DNA of 64,000 bases from Takakia lepidozioides (Eukaryota > Plantae > Bryophyta). The position numbers and the translations under genes were made by a program. Under the pieces are notes generated by a model that was not told the origin of the DNA, searched no databases, and saw only the letters and a list, made by a program, of their open reading frames with translations. Shown in pieces: positions 13,823 through 27,682 of this stretch; the stretch's first letter is position 1, and every line of letters begins with the position of its first letter. The DNA lies in contig CM060734.1 in NCBI GenBank assembly GCA_030704615.1, forward strand, positions 60,264,001 to 60,328,000, in the 5' to 3' direction.

Positions 13823-16800
13823 TCAGCCTTCTGAACCCTTCAACTTTCGCGCTCTCTTGTGATAAGGTGGAGATGATGGTGCCTCTGAGAACCGTGCTGG
13901 TGCCTAGACAGCCAGAGCAGCAAAAAGAAAGTAAAAGTTAGTGAGACCCTTGATAGAAATCCCTCCCAATTCAACCCCTCACTTCAGAATCTTACATGTA
14001 CTCTTTAGCAGGCTACATATTACTTTTCCACATAGTTAACTCCCACTTGTCCCAATGAATGGACGGAACCTTAAGCCTCAGGCAATAAAAGATGAAAAAT
14101 AAAGCTTGAGCAGTAACAAGCTGGAGGATTGCTATCAATTGGATATCCTTTGTACAATTTACAATTAGGAGGATGGGAAAAATCCATGCCTGACAGATGG
14201 CAGATTCTGCAGTACCCTTTGCAATCTCTACTGAGAGATGATATTCCAGTAATACGACACTAAATCTCACATTCCTTTGGATACCAAAACATTACTTATT
14301 GATTAAATCAACGGCTTGGTTCACTGAGAAGGCGCTGCATTTGCATAAGGAAATGAAGATAGACGTTGGGGAACCCACCTTACGCTTATGTTCCCGCTTG
14401 CCTACACGTTCACCTGCCATCCAGAGAGAGCTTCGTGAGACAGGGATGAGAGAAATCTAGAAGCTGGGGTTTCTTGTTTTCATAGGGCAGGGCAGTTTTG
14501 GTATTTGGCCTCTCCCTTGGTGGCGTTCATATTCCATAAAAAAGTTTTCTGATAGGGTTTGAATTAGGCTCTTGCGTGTTGACCCCTTTTTCAAAAAGAA
14601 TGAAGACAAGAGAACACACTTTTGGGCCGGATAAATTGCATGCCACAATCTAGTGTGTTAATGCATCAATTGATCCCTCAGCTTGAACAGGGCAAAGAAA
14701 TCTCTTCGAACCCTCCAAGAAGATGATGAAATCTGTGTGGATATTGCGTTTAGAACAGACCAATAATGCATATCCAAATGAATGCAAGAAAAGACTCCCA
14801 CCTGAAAATGGGTCCGCATCAATGCCAATAGCAGTGGCCCGCGTGGAAACACGCTCATGATCACCACCACGATGGGATCGCTGCATTTTAGCCCACACAT
14901 GCAGAGCTTAAATTGTTTCCTACTGCTAAGTCCTAAGAAAACATTCATAAATGACATCAAGTCCGTGTGATCCCGACTAGCATGTTGTTTGCGTTGATTA
15001 ATCCACGAGCTGCCCATAATACTGAAAGGGGCATGCCATACAGTGACATCACGCAAAAATGAGTGGACAACCCAACTATGTGCATGGCAGCCAATCAAGA
15101 AGATACTCGGACCATTTCTCTCAAAATGTCCCCTGTGGCCCCTATCATGAGAACACAAAGAGACTCTACACCATACTGACCTTAGGGGTGTTCGGAGTGG
15201 CAGGAATGTCTGCATAAGGATTTTCACGCAGTGTTGCCACCTCACTCTCCTTCCACTGCACCTGTTCATGTCCAACCAAACCCAAGTTGACATGTTAAAA
15301 GAAACTAGCCTAAAACTGATAACAAGGGGGTAGAAAACTCATAAGATGTTCGCCATAGCCTTGTGGCCATAGACACAAAGGACAGTAGCCAGTACAAAAT
15401 TAAGGCAAAGCAATTTTATACAGAGTACAATCTAGCCAACTTAATAATAAAAAAGCAAGAGGGCTCATGAGAGAAGAGAGCATGATTCAATTTAAAACTT
15501 CAACCCAGTCAGTATGTGAGGTACCTGTTTTTGAAGTTGAAGAAGCCCAAGGACTTCTTTGCGAAGCTCCAAATGCTCAGAACAAACTCCCGGTGTGGGC
15601 ACCTTGGGCTTCGCACGGATCTGCTCTTTTCCCCCACACTTCTCTTTCTTAATTCTCTTGCAATTATTCCAAACAAACCGCCCAACAACTGGAGACTGTT
15701 TTAAGCTGGAAATGCTACATTAGATTGTACTCATAAGACGTTGTTTGCCGTAGCCTTGTGGCCATTGACCCCGCGCCCAGTTTGAGCGGGAACAAAAGGG
15801 ACAGAACCTACCTCTGTCAGGGGCTGACGTTGGTAGTAAGACTTACCTCCATATAAAGAATTAATCCGGGTTTTCCAGATATCCTCTAGAAATCCCTTCA
15901 CACAAGCATCTATCTGCTGTGTGTGATTTGCCCAAAAACTAGGCCTCAGGAGGGCCTGGGCTTTTGGCTCAGCCTCGAGACTTTCAAAGTTGGTAAACAG
16001 GGGTACAGGCACAATTCCCTTAATAGATTTGAAGAGAGCGTCTCTTTGGTGAGAGAACCCCGGACAGTGTATCAGAAAATGAATACTGTCTTCAGATTGC
16101 CCACACAACGGGCAATTGCACTCTCCCTTTCCTCTCTGCTTCTGTTTGCTGTTCAAAGGTAGGCTTCCTGCCCTGAGTTTAAATTTCAGTCTAGTGCCGA
16201 GAGTGGGTAGACCCTTGAGGTCATCCAAGATGTCCTCCCTTTCTGCCTAACTTCATTTTCATCAGACAATCTCATGGCAACAGACATGGCTGAGGACACT
16301 ACAGCCTCTAAGTCAGATTTATCCAGCAGGGTCAAGACTTGCGGATCCAGGTCCAGGTCCTTGAGGATCTCTTCTACTCTCTTCTGCCAGGACTTAGCCT
16401 GTTTGACAGGGCGGTCCTGTTTCCAAGATATAGAGTCGATTAATTTAGGATATCTGGTGTTGGGCATATGTTGCAGCTGACCCCACCATCTGACCTTGAA
16501 TTCATCTCATCGAGAGCTTAAGGACGGAATGCCAAACTCAACCCGAACAGCCACATTGGCTGTTTTGGAGCATGCTGACATACACTCCTTAAGCACCCCC
16601 ACTTGAATGGATTCTAGAGACTTAGCCTGGTTGGAGTTATCAACCCATATAACAGATCCGTACTCCAAGGCAGGTCTAATAACGCGACAAAGCATGGTTT
16701 TAGAAACCTCCCCACTGAATATCTTTGCCCCACCGAGAATATCTCTGACTTAGAACGAGATTCACAAGAGTTACAAAAGTAAACGTTACCATAAGTTATC

Positions 16801-19800
16801 ACAACATTACTACCACATGTGCGGAGTAAACCTACAAACTAAAAATAGTCTATAATGCAAACAAGGAGAGAGAGAGAATGAACAACCCCAAGCTCATCAA
16901 GCATCTGGTCGACACGCTTGGCAGTCCTCACACCAGCCACAGAGACAGTGGCATGCACTTGCTGTGCCAGCAGAGCAGCCCTCAGATACACACGTGGCTG
17001 CCCCCAACCACCCACACTGTCAGCTTTCTACTAGTATACATGTTCCAACTTTCAGCCATGCAAGTCAGTGATTTGTATCAGTGAAGATACCACAAATCAA
17101 TACACAAGTAATGTGAGCCGGTAATACCAGGCGTGGTCCAGAGGGGGCAGGAGCAGGAACAGGAGCAGGAACAGGAACAGGAGCAGCTGCAGGGACAGAG
17201 GGCGTAGCGGTAACCCCCATAGGAACTGGAGCAGGAACAGGTGCATCCACTGTTGATATCGGCTGAGGAGATGTGGCGCGCATTGGTGATGCATCTAGTG
17301 TGGTCGCTGTTGCAGGATCTGGCATTGGCAACTCTGATTCTTCTACAACCTGTAGTATATAGACACGGGAGCTTCAGTTCCATAAAATATGCTCCTCTTC
17401 TTATCTCTAAGGCCTACCTACCCTTGGCACTAGAATAAAACTTGAACTTGGGGCCTGGAGTCTCCCTTTGAACAAGAAACATATGCAGAGAGGAAAAGGA
17501 GACTGTCAATGCCCAATGTGCGAGGAAGACAATGTCCATGTCCAGGGTATTCTTAGAAAATGAGACTTTTCAGGACCATCAAGAACATCGTCCCGACTTT
17601 CAAAGGCTCTGTTGGGGTCTCATTGCTGGGCAGCTTACACACAGCAGATTGATGCTTGTGTGAAGGGCTTTCTAGAAGAAATCTGGAAAGCCCAAACCAA
17701 TTCTTTAGACCAACTTAAGTCCCACTACTGGAGGAAAAGGAGACTGTCAATGCCCAATGTGCGAGGAAGACAATGTCCATGTCCAGGGTATTCTTAGAAA
17801 ATGAGACTTTTCAGGACCATCAAGAACATCGTCCCGACTTTCAAAGGCTCTGTTGGGGTCTCATTGCTGGGCAGCTTACAGACAGCAGATTGATGCTTGT
17901 GTGAAGGGCTTTCTAGAAGAAATCTGGAAAGCCCAAACCAATTCTTTAGACCAACTTAAGTCCCACTACTGGAGTGAGCCCCTCATATTAGTACATTGTC
18001 TCAAGACTGTCTGACAGTTCTCTTGTAGTTGGTGTCTCATGGGCTGTCCAGCCTGATGTGGACATAACAAATTTCCTCCATCTTTCTTGCTCTACTGCAG
18101 TGTGGACTGCTTTGGGTTCTGTCTGATCCTCTGCTCACCATATCTCTACATCTATGGAAAGCTTTCAGATTACCAGTTTGGATCTGTTCCCATTCTTCTG
18201 CTTGATAAAGAGGGAGTTACTAGCCAAGCACAATGATGCAGATACATGTTAAGGAAATGTATGCCCAAAATGCTGAATGATCCGATCAACACCTTTGCAA
18301 TCAGGCGAGCCTGTGTTATGCGCTTTGCTTGCGCCAGTACCTGCAAAACACTACCATAGACAATATCAGCCGGGCATTGCATGGGCTGCCTTAATAAGCC
18401 ACTAACATGAGGAAGGTTAAGCAAAAACATGCAGAAAGTTTGCAAGCACATGTTCACTGCCCCAGTTTCAGAAGATGGTGGTAGACCTCAGCATCCTCCC
18501 GTTCTTGCTGGCGGGTTTGTGAGAGCAAGATGCCCAATGCTCGCTTACGTTCCACCTCATAAGCCATATTATAAGAATCCTGCATCAGCTATGTCTTGAG
18601 TAAGTAGTCTCTGTACTTTCATCCAAAACACCTGCCGTTCTGTGATGAATTTTTGGAATGCTACACCCAGAACTGCAATGACAAATGTGAATCCTCTAAA
18701 TTGCTGGATCCAGACAACGTAAGTAGCCAGGAAGTAGAAGCTGGCATTCCTGCAGACCCATCTGAAGCAAAGATTATCCCACACAACTGTGAAAAAAGGA
18801 CAGAATTAAATCCATTAAGACTATTTACCTTGATGAGAGTATGATCAGTTACGTCATCAGCCATTGCTGTCCTGGCTACAACAATAGCTTTTGCAGCTGC
18901 ATTCCACACACTGAAACCATAAACATGCAGTTCATACCAAATACTTCACCAACATCAGGCATTCCAAGGTAAACTTGCATATTTCCACTACAGATTTAGA
19001 CAGAAGGGATAGGATTCAAAACTGAAAAAGAGCCTCTCCAGGGAAGTACCCAGCAACTACTGTTAGAATAGTACAAAGGTCAAGGAAAAACCTAAAAAAA
19101 ACTCAGTCAGCAAAGACATGATACCTGAATAGTAACGACCCTTGAGCTCCTCCACTGTGCGAGGAGGAGTGAAACGATCAGCAATGATGATGAACCGCAG
19201 ATCAAACTGCTCACACAAGTCAAAGAGCTGGTCCGTCTCCTGTCTGCTCCATCCCTTCTTCCCAAAACCATAACAACACTGATATGTTGTGAAGGGCCTC
19301 CACAGTGACATAGTGTTCCCTCTGTCCCTTCCCTCTTCCAGGGGTGTAAGCAGCTGTGTACACTACAGACCTAACTGTTGATGTCGGAATCAGGATCATT
19401 GCTGGCTCTCTCTGCATAAAGGCAAAGACATCAAACTTTCACAAAGCCCACAATGACTTTCAGAATTGCTCCTGGAACCCATGAGTACGGTATTCTGACC
19501 ATCTCTCATTCTCTCTCGCTCTAACTCTCTCAAACTTAAATACACAGCCTTCCATGATGATACTCCGGTCATTTCTTTGGAGCGACTGAGATGTACTGTT
19601 TGCTGCAAATGAATTTCATTTATTTCATGACCAGTCGGTCCCCCAGCCCCCATCCTCTCCGTCTTATGCTTTCTCTAATCCAGTGCAGGTCTATGGCCAC
19701 AAGGCTATGAACACAAAGTCTAACTCACACAAAAACAGAGGGTCTCTCAACAATACTCATGCAGTGACAGCAAGCAGTGTAATAAGTAGATCCTTTTCTC

Positions 19801-22800
19801 ATTCTGGATAGAACATACAGGATCAAACAGGTACTTGTTGTATTCTTCATCAGTGTAGCGCACCCCGTTAATAGCCTACATGAACAACACAAATAGCACT
19901 AGTGAATCCCACATAAATCCATCCAGCACTCATGGAAAAAATGTTAGCTTATGACAAGGGATTTGCGTGGTACCTGCTACCAAGTAGGATTTGACAACTG
20001 TGATACAGGATGCACAGAGATATGAATATTTGATAGGTACAACAAAAAGCAGCAGTGACGTTATGGAGTCAAGGAAAGCAAAGCTAATTAGAGCCACAGG
20101 GTAATCATACACCCAAGCTGGACTCTGAGCCTGAAGGTAGTGGTACCTTGTTATATTTCGCAAATGCATAGTCTCCTGAGGGTGGCAACCCATCCACAAT
20201 CCGGACCTGTTCAAGCAACTAAAAAGGTCAGACTTTGCCAACTCATGACTAGATAATGTTTCCTTGAGGCCAATTACAAAACACTGAAGTATTGTTGCCT
20301 AAAGATGTAGTCAAAGGATGAATACGGAATTGCACAGACGGAAGAGAGAGAGCTTACATTTGTCAACCCTCCAGACAACTGTTTTTTATATTGACATATC
20401 AATCCAATGCACACTTTTCCATTGTTGTTCTTCTGTCATAGGCAACACTGCTATAACTATCTATTATAGCCTTAGTCATTCCTACAAACAAACACCAAGT
20501 TCATCCACTCTAACACCAGCTGATGCTTGACACGGAGAAGAACAAACCCAGTGATAAAGCTGCAAGTTATCAGACCGCGCCGATGTTGCAAAAGGAAGCC
20601 ATTGCCATGATATCTGTCCACCCACACATCCAAAGTACTCTGAGAACTTAAAACCCCTCTCTCTCTCCCTCTCTCTCTCCCTCTCCCTCTTCCTCCCTGT
20701 CCTCTAGGAAGCCTATTACTTGATACGGGAGTACATTAATGTCTCTGTGACTAAATGCCGGCCTTGTGACCTCGTGTCCTTGTTTGTTTCGACCTGAAGC
20801 GCTTTGCTCCAGGTAAGGTAGTGCATTGGATTTAGTTGGAAAGCTTGGGGCCTTTCCCTCTTTAGAATATGCCTACACGGGCCATTCCCTGCAACTCCCT
20901 GGAGTGTGATCTCTGAATGGTAACAAGCGGACCCCTACTGCTTGGGGGCAGCCCCTCCGCCCAAATTGGGCAGTCGTATGCTCTGTATAGCATACTCGGC
21001 ACTTGGGCTCGGGTTGGTTCCTGTGCTTAAACTTATAGCCTGCGAGATCAATCAAAACTTTAGCTCCTATTAACATCAACACTCCCCAGGGTGATTCCTG
21101 GGAATTGGTTACTTATGCCAAATCTAGGGCTTCATGTGTAGTTTTTGGGGTGAATCCCAGGATGGACGATGTGTCCCTTAAAACTACATGCTCTAGCTTA
21201 GGCTTGGATTTCATGGCTAATGGTTCCATCTCGAGACTTGATAACAGGGGTACGTTGAAGGTTGCAATGACCAAAAGTGCTTCTAATAGAGTCCCACATC
21301 AATTCAATCTCAAAGAAGTTCGTCCCTTGACTGGCTGGAGAGCGGTCTTAGACATTGGTGATTCAATGGGGCGCTCTAGGAAGACAACCAAGGGCAAGGA
21401 CTTCAACTTGAGAGTTTCTAATCGGTTTGATGCTCTGGATGAGGTTGAATCCAAACAGCCAGAAGACCAAGATGCCCCTAAGTGTACAGAACCTGACCGT
21501 CCTGAATCTGAAGGATTTGGTACTCTGAATGGTTTACCAATCCTCAAGGTTTACACAAGACGAACAAATTCTATACACGGGGTAATTGCCCCCAAGCCGT
21601 CAGACGGACAATCTGTCCCTAAGTGTGCAGAGCCTGAACGTCGTGTAACTGAAGGACTTGGTACTCTAAATGGTTTACCAATCCTCAAAGTCTACACAAG
21701 ACGAGCAAAATCTATACACGGGGTAATTGTCCCCAAGCAGTCTGACGGACAATATGCCCCTAAGTGTGTGGAGCCTGTGCGTCGTGTAACTGAGGGATTT
21801 GGTACCCTGAATGGTTTACCAATTCTCCAAGTTTACACAAGACGAGCAAAATCTACACATGGGGTAACTGTCCCCCCTTTGCAGAACGGTTGGCCGTCCA
21901 GGAGCAATCACAAGCTACCTAGACGACAAACAATTCACATGCAAAGGGCTGGCTTGCGGCTGGCCACTTTCAACTTCTCAGGGCTTACTAACCACAGGAA
22001 ACAACTCGAAGTGGGACAAGTCCTTCGGACTAATGATATTCATATCTGTGCTGGGCAAGAAACATGGGAAACGACGGATAAACTGGTTGGAGATGTCAAT
22101 GGTTATAAATGGGCAGGTAGGATGTGTACTCTCAAGGCAGCCTCTGCCAAACGCAGTCAAAAAGGGGTTGGATTCTTTGTCCGTGATTTCTTGTGTGATA
22201 ATTGTGAAATTATCAACAAGGGTTTGAGGTACGAGCATAGTATCTGGCTGAAACTGAATCTGAAGGGCGGCATGAGTACAAAGGACCTCTTTGTGGGTTG
22301 GGTTTACATGCCCACAGAGGGGACCCTTAGTGCTGACGCAGACAAAGCCTTCAAAGATGTAAAGCTGGACTGTGCTTCGTTCCTTGCCAAAGGTCAGGTA
22401 GTGCTATTGGGTGACTTCAATGCCCGGGTGGGCAAAGGGCTCCATCAGGACGATATCATTGGGCCTTTTGGTGAGGACAAGCTGAATTCTAATGGCAGAC
22501 GGTTAATTAACTGTCTGGAAGAGCTTCAGCTTTTGACCTTGAATAACAGGACAAGAGGTGACCAAGTGCAGTGGACTCGTGAGAAATCCCAAACTGGGGA
22601 ACGTTCCATTGTGGACTATATCATAATGGACAAAAATTTGTTTCCCCAGTGTGCCAATGTGTTGATCGACAGAACTGATATTGGTACCTCTGACCACTTC
22701 CTGGTTTGGACTAAGATCAAACGGTGTTTTCCCAACACCAAGAGATCTGTGAAACGTTCGATTCGGAAGTGGCGCATAGAAAAATTCCGTAATGAGGAGG

Positions 22801-25584
22801 TCAAGGCTGAGTACGTCCAGGCCTTGCAAAAGGCTCTCCCTCATTTTGTCCAATCGCTCCAAGAACTTCAGTCTCGCTCTGACAACGCAAGAAATGAAGT
22901 CGAAAGAGCAGTGGACTCTTGGGAGAGTTCCGTTTCCTCCGTGGCTGACAAGATCATTGGGAGAAAACTAATTGTCTGCGGTAGAGCTGTTAATTGGTGG
23001 ACCAATGAGATCAAACTCAAGATAGCTGAGGGACGAGCCCTTTATAAAGAGTGCTGCAATTTGAAAACCAACAGAGAATTGTGGGCGAGGTACTACCAGC
23101 TCCGTAAAGATATCAATCAGCTTGTTAGGTCTCAGAAGAAATTATACTGGGACAAGCTATACAGTGAAATAAACTCAAACCACCATGGTGATAATGACAA
23201 GAAATTCTGGTTGGCCCTTCAACGTTTGTACAAGCCTAAAAACAGCCAGCAAGTACAAGCGCTGAAGACTACTAAAGGTGCAGTGGTGACTTCATCGGTT
23301 GACATTGTCAAAACCTTTGAAAATCACTACAGTATCCTTGGCAGAACTTCTAGGTCTAACAGTGAGGGGTCTTCTGCTGAATGGAGGGACACAGTTGGAA
23401 AAACTGTTACTATGATTCAAAACAGCCCTGATGAACTGGAGTATATTTCAATGGCTTATAACGCTCCCATTAGTTCTTCTGAGATTGTGGAAGAAATTGA
23501 ACATTTAAATGGATATAAAGCTGGTGGACCTGATGGTATTGTCAACGAGCTTATCAAGCACGGTGGCGATCCCATGATAGAGGCCCTAGTTCTCTTCTTT
23601 AACCTTATCTGGAAGACTGAAATGATCCCCTTTCACTGGCGACAGGGGGTTATTGTCAATCTATACAAGAAGGGTGACAGAGAAGAACCGGGGAACTACC
23701 GTGGCATCACGCTCCTCAATGCTGTTGGCAAGACATTCTGCAGAGTTATAAGTACTCGTCTCGAGGTTGATCTGGAGTCTAGAGGTTGTTTCCACGAAGG
23801 CCAAGCTGGCTTTCGGCGAAACAGGGGCTGTGTGGATCATATCTTCACTCTAAGCCAGATTATCCAGGGAACGAAAAAAGAAGGAAAACCCACTTACGTT
23901 TTTTTCCTGGATGTCAAAAAGGCTTATGACACAGTGTGGAGAGATGGCCTATGGTTCCGCCTCTGGTCTTGTGGGATCAAGGAAAAGATGTGGAGAGTTG
24001 TCCACAACTTGTAAGCTCACACCAAAAGCAGTGTCACTGTTAACGGACAGAAGTCCAACTTCTTTGACATAGACCAAGGTGTAGCTCAAGGATGTACTCT
24101 CTCCCCTCTGCTCTTCAATGTTTTTATCAATCAACTCCTCGAGGATGTGGAAAGTGAGGGATTTGGGTTAAGGGTGGGTGATACCACCATACCAGCCCTT
24201 ATGTTTGCGGATGACTTCGCAGGCATAGGGGAGACTCCAACCAATCTCCAGGAGTTGATTGATTGCGCGAAGAGATACTTTGATCTTTGGGGGCTAGAGG
24301 CTAATGTCAGCAAATGTGCAGTGGTAGCATTCAACGACAGAGGAGAGGGAGGAAGTGATCTTAAGTGGCAGTGGGATAAGCAAGAGATCCCGGTCCTCCC
24401 TTCCTACACTTACCTGGGCGTTGAGTTTTCCTCCAATTGTAATTGGGATGCACATATCCGGAAAGTTGTTCAAACTGGCAAGGGCAAAGCTCTGGGGCTC
24501 ACTAAATTTTTCCACTGCAGAGGGGTCAACTCTGAGGTTAAGAAAACCATGCTTTGTTATTAGACCTGCCTTGGAGTACGGATCTGCTATATGGGTTGAT
24601 AACTCCAACCAGGCTAAGTCTCTAGAATCCATTCAAGTGGGGGTGTTTAAGGAGTGTATGTCAGCATGCTCCAAAACAGCCAATGTGGCTGTTCGGGTGA
24701 GTTTGGCATTCCGTCCTTAAGCTCCCGACGAGATGAATTCAAGGTCAGATGGTGGGGTCAGCTGCAACATATGCCCAACACCAGATATCCTAAGTTAATC
24801 GACTCTATATCTTGGAAACAGGACCGCCCTGTCAAACAGGCTAAGTCCTGGCAGAAGAGAGTAGAAGAGATTCTCAAGGACCTGGACCTGGATCCGCAAG
24901 TCTTGACCCTGCTGGATAAATCTGACTTAGAGGCTGTAGTGTCCGAAGCCATGTCTGTTGCCATGAGATTGTCTGATGAAAATGAAGTTCGGCAGAAAAC
25001 TTCCCTGAACTTGTTTCCAGTCAGTGACATGGGGGAGGACATCTTGGATGACCTCAAGGGTCTACCCACTCTCGGCACTAGACTGAAATTTAAACTCAGG
25101 GCAGAAAGCCTACCTTTGAACAGCAAACAGAAGCTGAGAGGAAAGGGAGAGTGCAATTGCCCGTTGTGTGGGCAATCTGAAGACAGTATTCATTTTCTGA
25201 TACACTGTCCGGGGTTCTCTCACCAAAGAGACGCTCTCTTCAATTCTATCAAGGGAATTGTGCCTGTACCCCTGTTTACCAACTTTGAAAGTCTCGAGGC
25301 TGAGCCAAAAGCCCAGGCCCTCCTGAGGCCTAGTTTTTGGGCAAATAACACACAGCAGATTGATGTTTGTGTGAAGGGATTTCTAGAGGATATCTGGAAA
25401 ACCCGGATTAATTCTTTATATGAAGGTAAGGCTTACTACCAACGTCAGCCCCTGACAGAGGTAGGTTCTGTCCCTTTTGTTCCCGCTCAAACTGGGTGCG
25501 GGGTCAAGCCACAAGGCTACGGCAAACAACGTCTTATGAGTACAATCTCTCTCTCCCTCTCTCTCCCTCTCTCCCTCTCTCTCC

Positions 25585-25644
<60 letters not shown>

Positions 25645-27057
25645 AACGTCTTATAAGTACATTCTCTCACACAGGGGAAAGAGGGGTTGCAATTGCCAGT
25701 TGTGTGGGCAACCTGAAGACAATATTCAGTTTCTGATTCATTGTCCTGGGTAGTCTCGAGAAGGACGCCCTCTTCAAATCCATCAAGGGAATTGTGCCTG
25801 AACCTCTGTTTACCAACTTTGAAAGTCTCTTTTGGTCTGAGCCAAAAGCCCAGGCACTTTTGGGGCCTAGTTATTGGGCAAACCACACACAGCAGATTGA
25901 TGCTAGTGTGTCAGGATTTCTAGAGGATATCTGACTAATTGTCTGTTCCAAGGTAAGTCATAATACTGGCGTCAGCCCCTGACCAAGGTAGTTTCTGTCC
26001 CTTTGTGTTCTGCTCAAACTGAGGACGGCGTCAATGGCCACAAGGCTACAGCAAACAACGTCGTATGAGTACATTCTCTCTCCCTCTCTCATGCGCAGTG
26101 GTGGCATTCAACGACCGTGGGGAGGGAGGAGGCGACTCAAGTGGCAGTGGGAAAGCCAAGAGATTCATGTCCTCCCTTCCTACACATACCTTGGTGTTGA
26201 GTTCTCCTCCAACTGTAATTAGGAAGCAGATACACAAAAAGTTGTTCAATCTGGCAAGCGCAAACGTATGGGTCTCACTAAATTTTTTTACTGCAGAGGG
26301 ATCAACTCTGAAGTCAAAAAGAAGCGTTTTGCCACATTATTAGGCCTACCTTGGAGTACACATCTGCTGTGTGGGTTGATGACTTCAACCAGGCTAAGTC
26401 TCTAGAATTCATCCAAGTGGGGGTGCTCAAGGAGTGCATGTCAGCATGCTCCATAACAGCTTATGTGGCTGTTCGGGGTATTCTCACCAGAGAGTGACCC
26501 TCTTCACACACACATACCTGGAACACCCCTAAAGAGTGCGTACTCACAAAACCCTATACATGAATGAGAGAAGGAAGCAGTGGTGTACCTTTTTATTATT
26601 GGGCGCCTGCTGCCGTCTCAAATTCGAAGGGTCCAAGGTTGGCATAACTGGGGGTAGGCCACCTGTGAGGGCATAAACCTGTACAAAGTGCTCTCAACAG
26701 ACTGCTGGCAACCAGTTTCACTTATCATGGATTTCCTCCTCACATCGAAATTATCAGAGCAAGCATCTACGAAATCCCAGTACATTAAGCGCCCTCCATC
26801 CTAAATTGAAGAAGGTCCGAGTCAAAATACATACAAACACAATCAAGTACTTCATTTCAGACAAAGCACCTTATCTACCTTCGTCATCTCCCGCACTCAC
26901 ATGCAAGTATGTACACAAAGCTGCAACTTTACAGTACCTCTCGGGAAACTCCATCTGGCTTCTTGAAAGCATCTTTGGGCGCTCGCCCGCGTTTCTCAGA
27001 ATTTCCCCCGAGTGCAGCTCCTTTAGGAAGTCCCAATATATCCTTAGCATCCCCCAT
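13823..27057 (-). CDS. SWC4: SWR1/NuA4 complex subunit SWC4 (DMAP1/EAF2 homologue), ~15 exons
   Basis: Exons read in frame: 27057-26938 ([12 protein letters not shown]...KKPDGVSRE), 26678-26589 (VYALTGG), 20613-20548 ([22 protein letters not shown]), 20206-20147 ([10 protein letters not shown]), 19875-19819 ([10 protein letters not shown]), 19254-19125 (SANT-like [27 protein letters not shown]), 18896-18829, 18579-18487, 18340-18293, 17349-17128, 16997-16887, 15620-15525 (KPKVPT...HLELRKE), ~15260-15181, ~14881-14803, ~14413-14380. The last exon ends [21 protein letters not shown] at 13823. Confidence 0.92.
15727..16705 (-). mobile_element. 5'-truncated LINE copy (3' ~1 kb) in a SWC4 intron
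   Basis: Near-identical to 24545-25545 on the opposite strand ([26 protein letters not shown], 3' tail ...GTCTTATGAGTACAATC). It has a small internal deletion near 16240. Confidence 0.92.
17490..17972 (+). repeat. ~240-bp near-perfect tandem duplication of a decayed LINE C-terminal fragment
   Basis: Two units start aggaaaaggagactgtcaatgcccaatgtgcg and encode [16 protein letters not shown], like the LINE C-terminus. Confidence 0.85.
21105..25545 (+). pseudogene. LINE polyprotein reading frame, disrupted by a TAA at 24012-24014 and frameshifts near 24555 and 24700
   Basis: ORFs 21105..24014, 24147..24563, 24355..24720 and 24654..25736 tile one APE-RT-ZnF protein. The 15727-16705 copy shows the uninterrupted frame at both frameshift sites. 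Confidence 0.88.
21473..21877 (+). repeat. Three 141-bp (47-aa) in-frame tandem repeats in the LINE N-terminal region
   Basis: PKCxEPxR..[25 protein letters not shown] occurs three times. The 'taagtg' anchors lie at 21479, 21620 and 21761. Confidence 0.92.
25675..26480 (+). mobile_element. Older diverged LINE fragments of the same family (3' end first, then an RT-region piece)
   Basis: 25675-26075 resembles 25140-25545. 26093-26480 resembles 24317-24700 ([29 protein letters not shown]). Confidence 0.85.
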
Positions 27058-27682
27058 CTCTCTCCCCTTGATTCCCTGCCTTTCTCCTCCAGACAAACGT
27101 TCTTCTCCTCAGCTACCTTTTCCTGTGTTTCATTCTTCCCCTTCCCGTCCCCTGTCCAAACATAGCCCTCCATTGCAGCCCATGTTTGTACCTCTTCTCC
27201 ACCACGCACCAAATCTAAGCCAAAGGCATTGCAGCCCAACACAAGAAGCTCCGGCAGTGATCGATGTGCAGGTTTGCTAGGGTACAACGTGTAACTGAGG
27301 CTACCTGCTTATACTTGCCTCGCTATCAACTATAAACCCTGCCTGCCGTTACATAACACTCCGTTACATAACACTTTGTTGCAAAAGAATTTTGAGTACA
27401 TGTCAAGTGTTGACAAATCAATTCTGTGCACTATCCTGGAGGAGTGGGCCTGGGCAGCCCAATGACATTTTGTGTGCCCAGATGCTAGTTTTTTTTCTTT
27501 TTTCTTTTTTCTTTTTGGCTAGGTTTTTTAAGAAATAAAAGGCGTTGGCCAATTGATCAATTTGAGGGGAAAAAATAAACCCCAGTGATGCCATGAGGCA
27601 TGATACACATCCATGGGAGCCCCAGATAAACCAAGAGAGACTGCCGAACTGGCCATGGCAAGGACCAAAAATGGTCCGATGA

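Larger units (their letters stand above)
20700..25640 (+). mobile_element. Near-full-length non-LTR retrotransposon (APE-RT-CCHC, RTE/RTEX-like) in SWC4 intron 2, antisense to the gene, bounded by (CT)n tracts
   Basis: Endonuclease motifs [38 protein letters not shown] motifs [39 protein letters not shown]-terminal CPLC...HFLIHC. CT-rich tracts at ~20655-20700 and 25545-25640. Confidence 0.93.
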
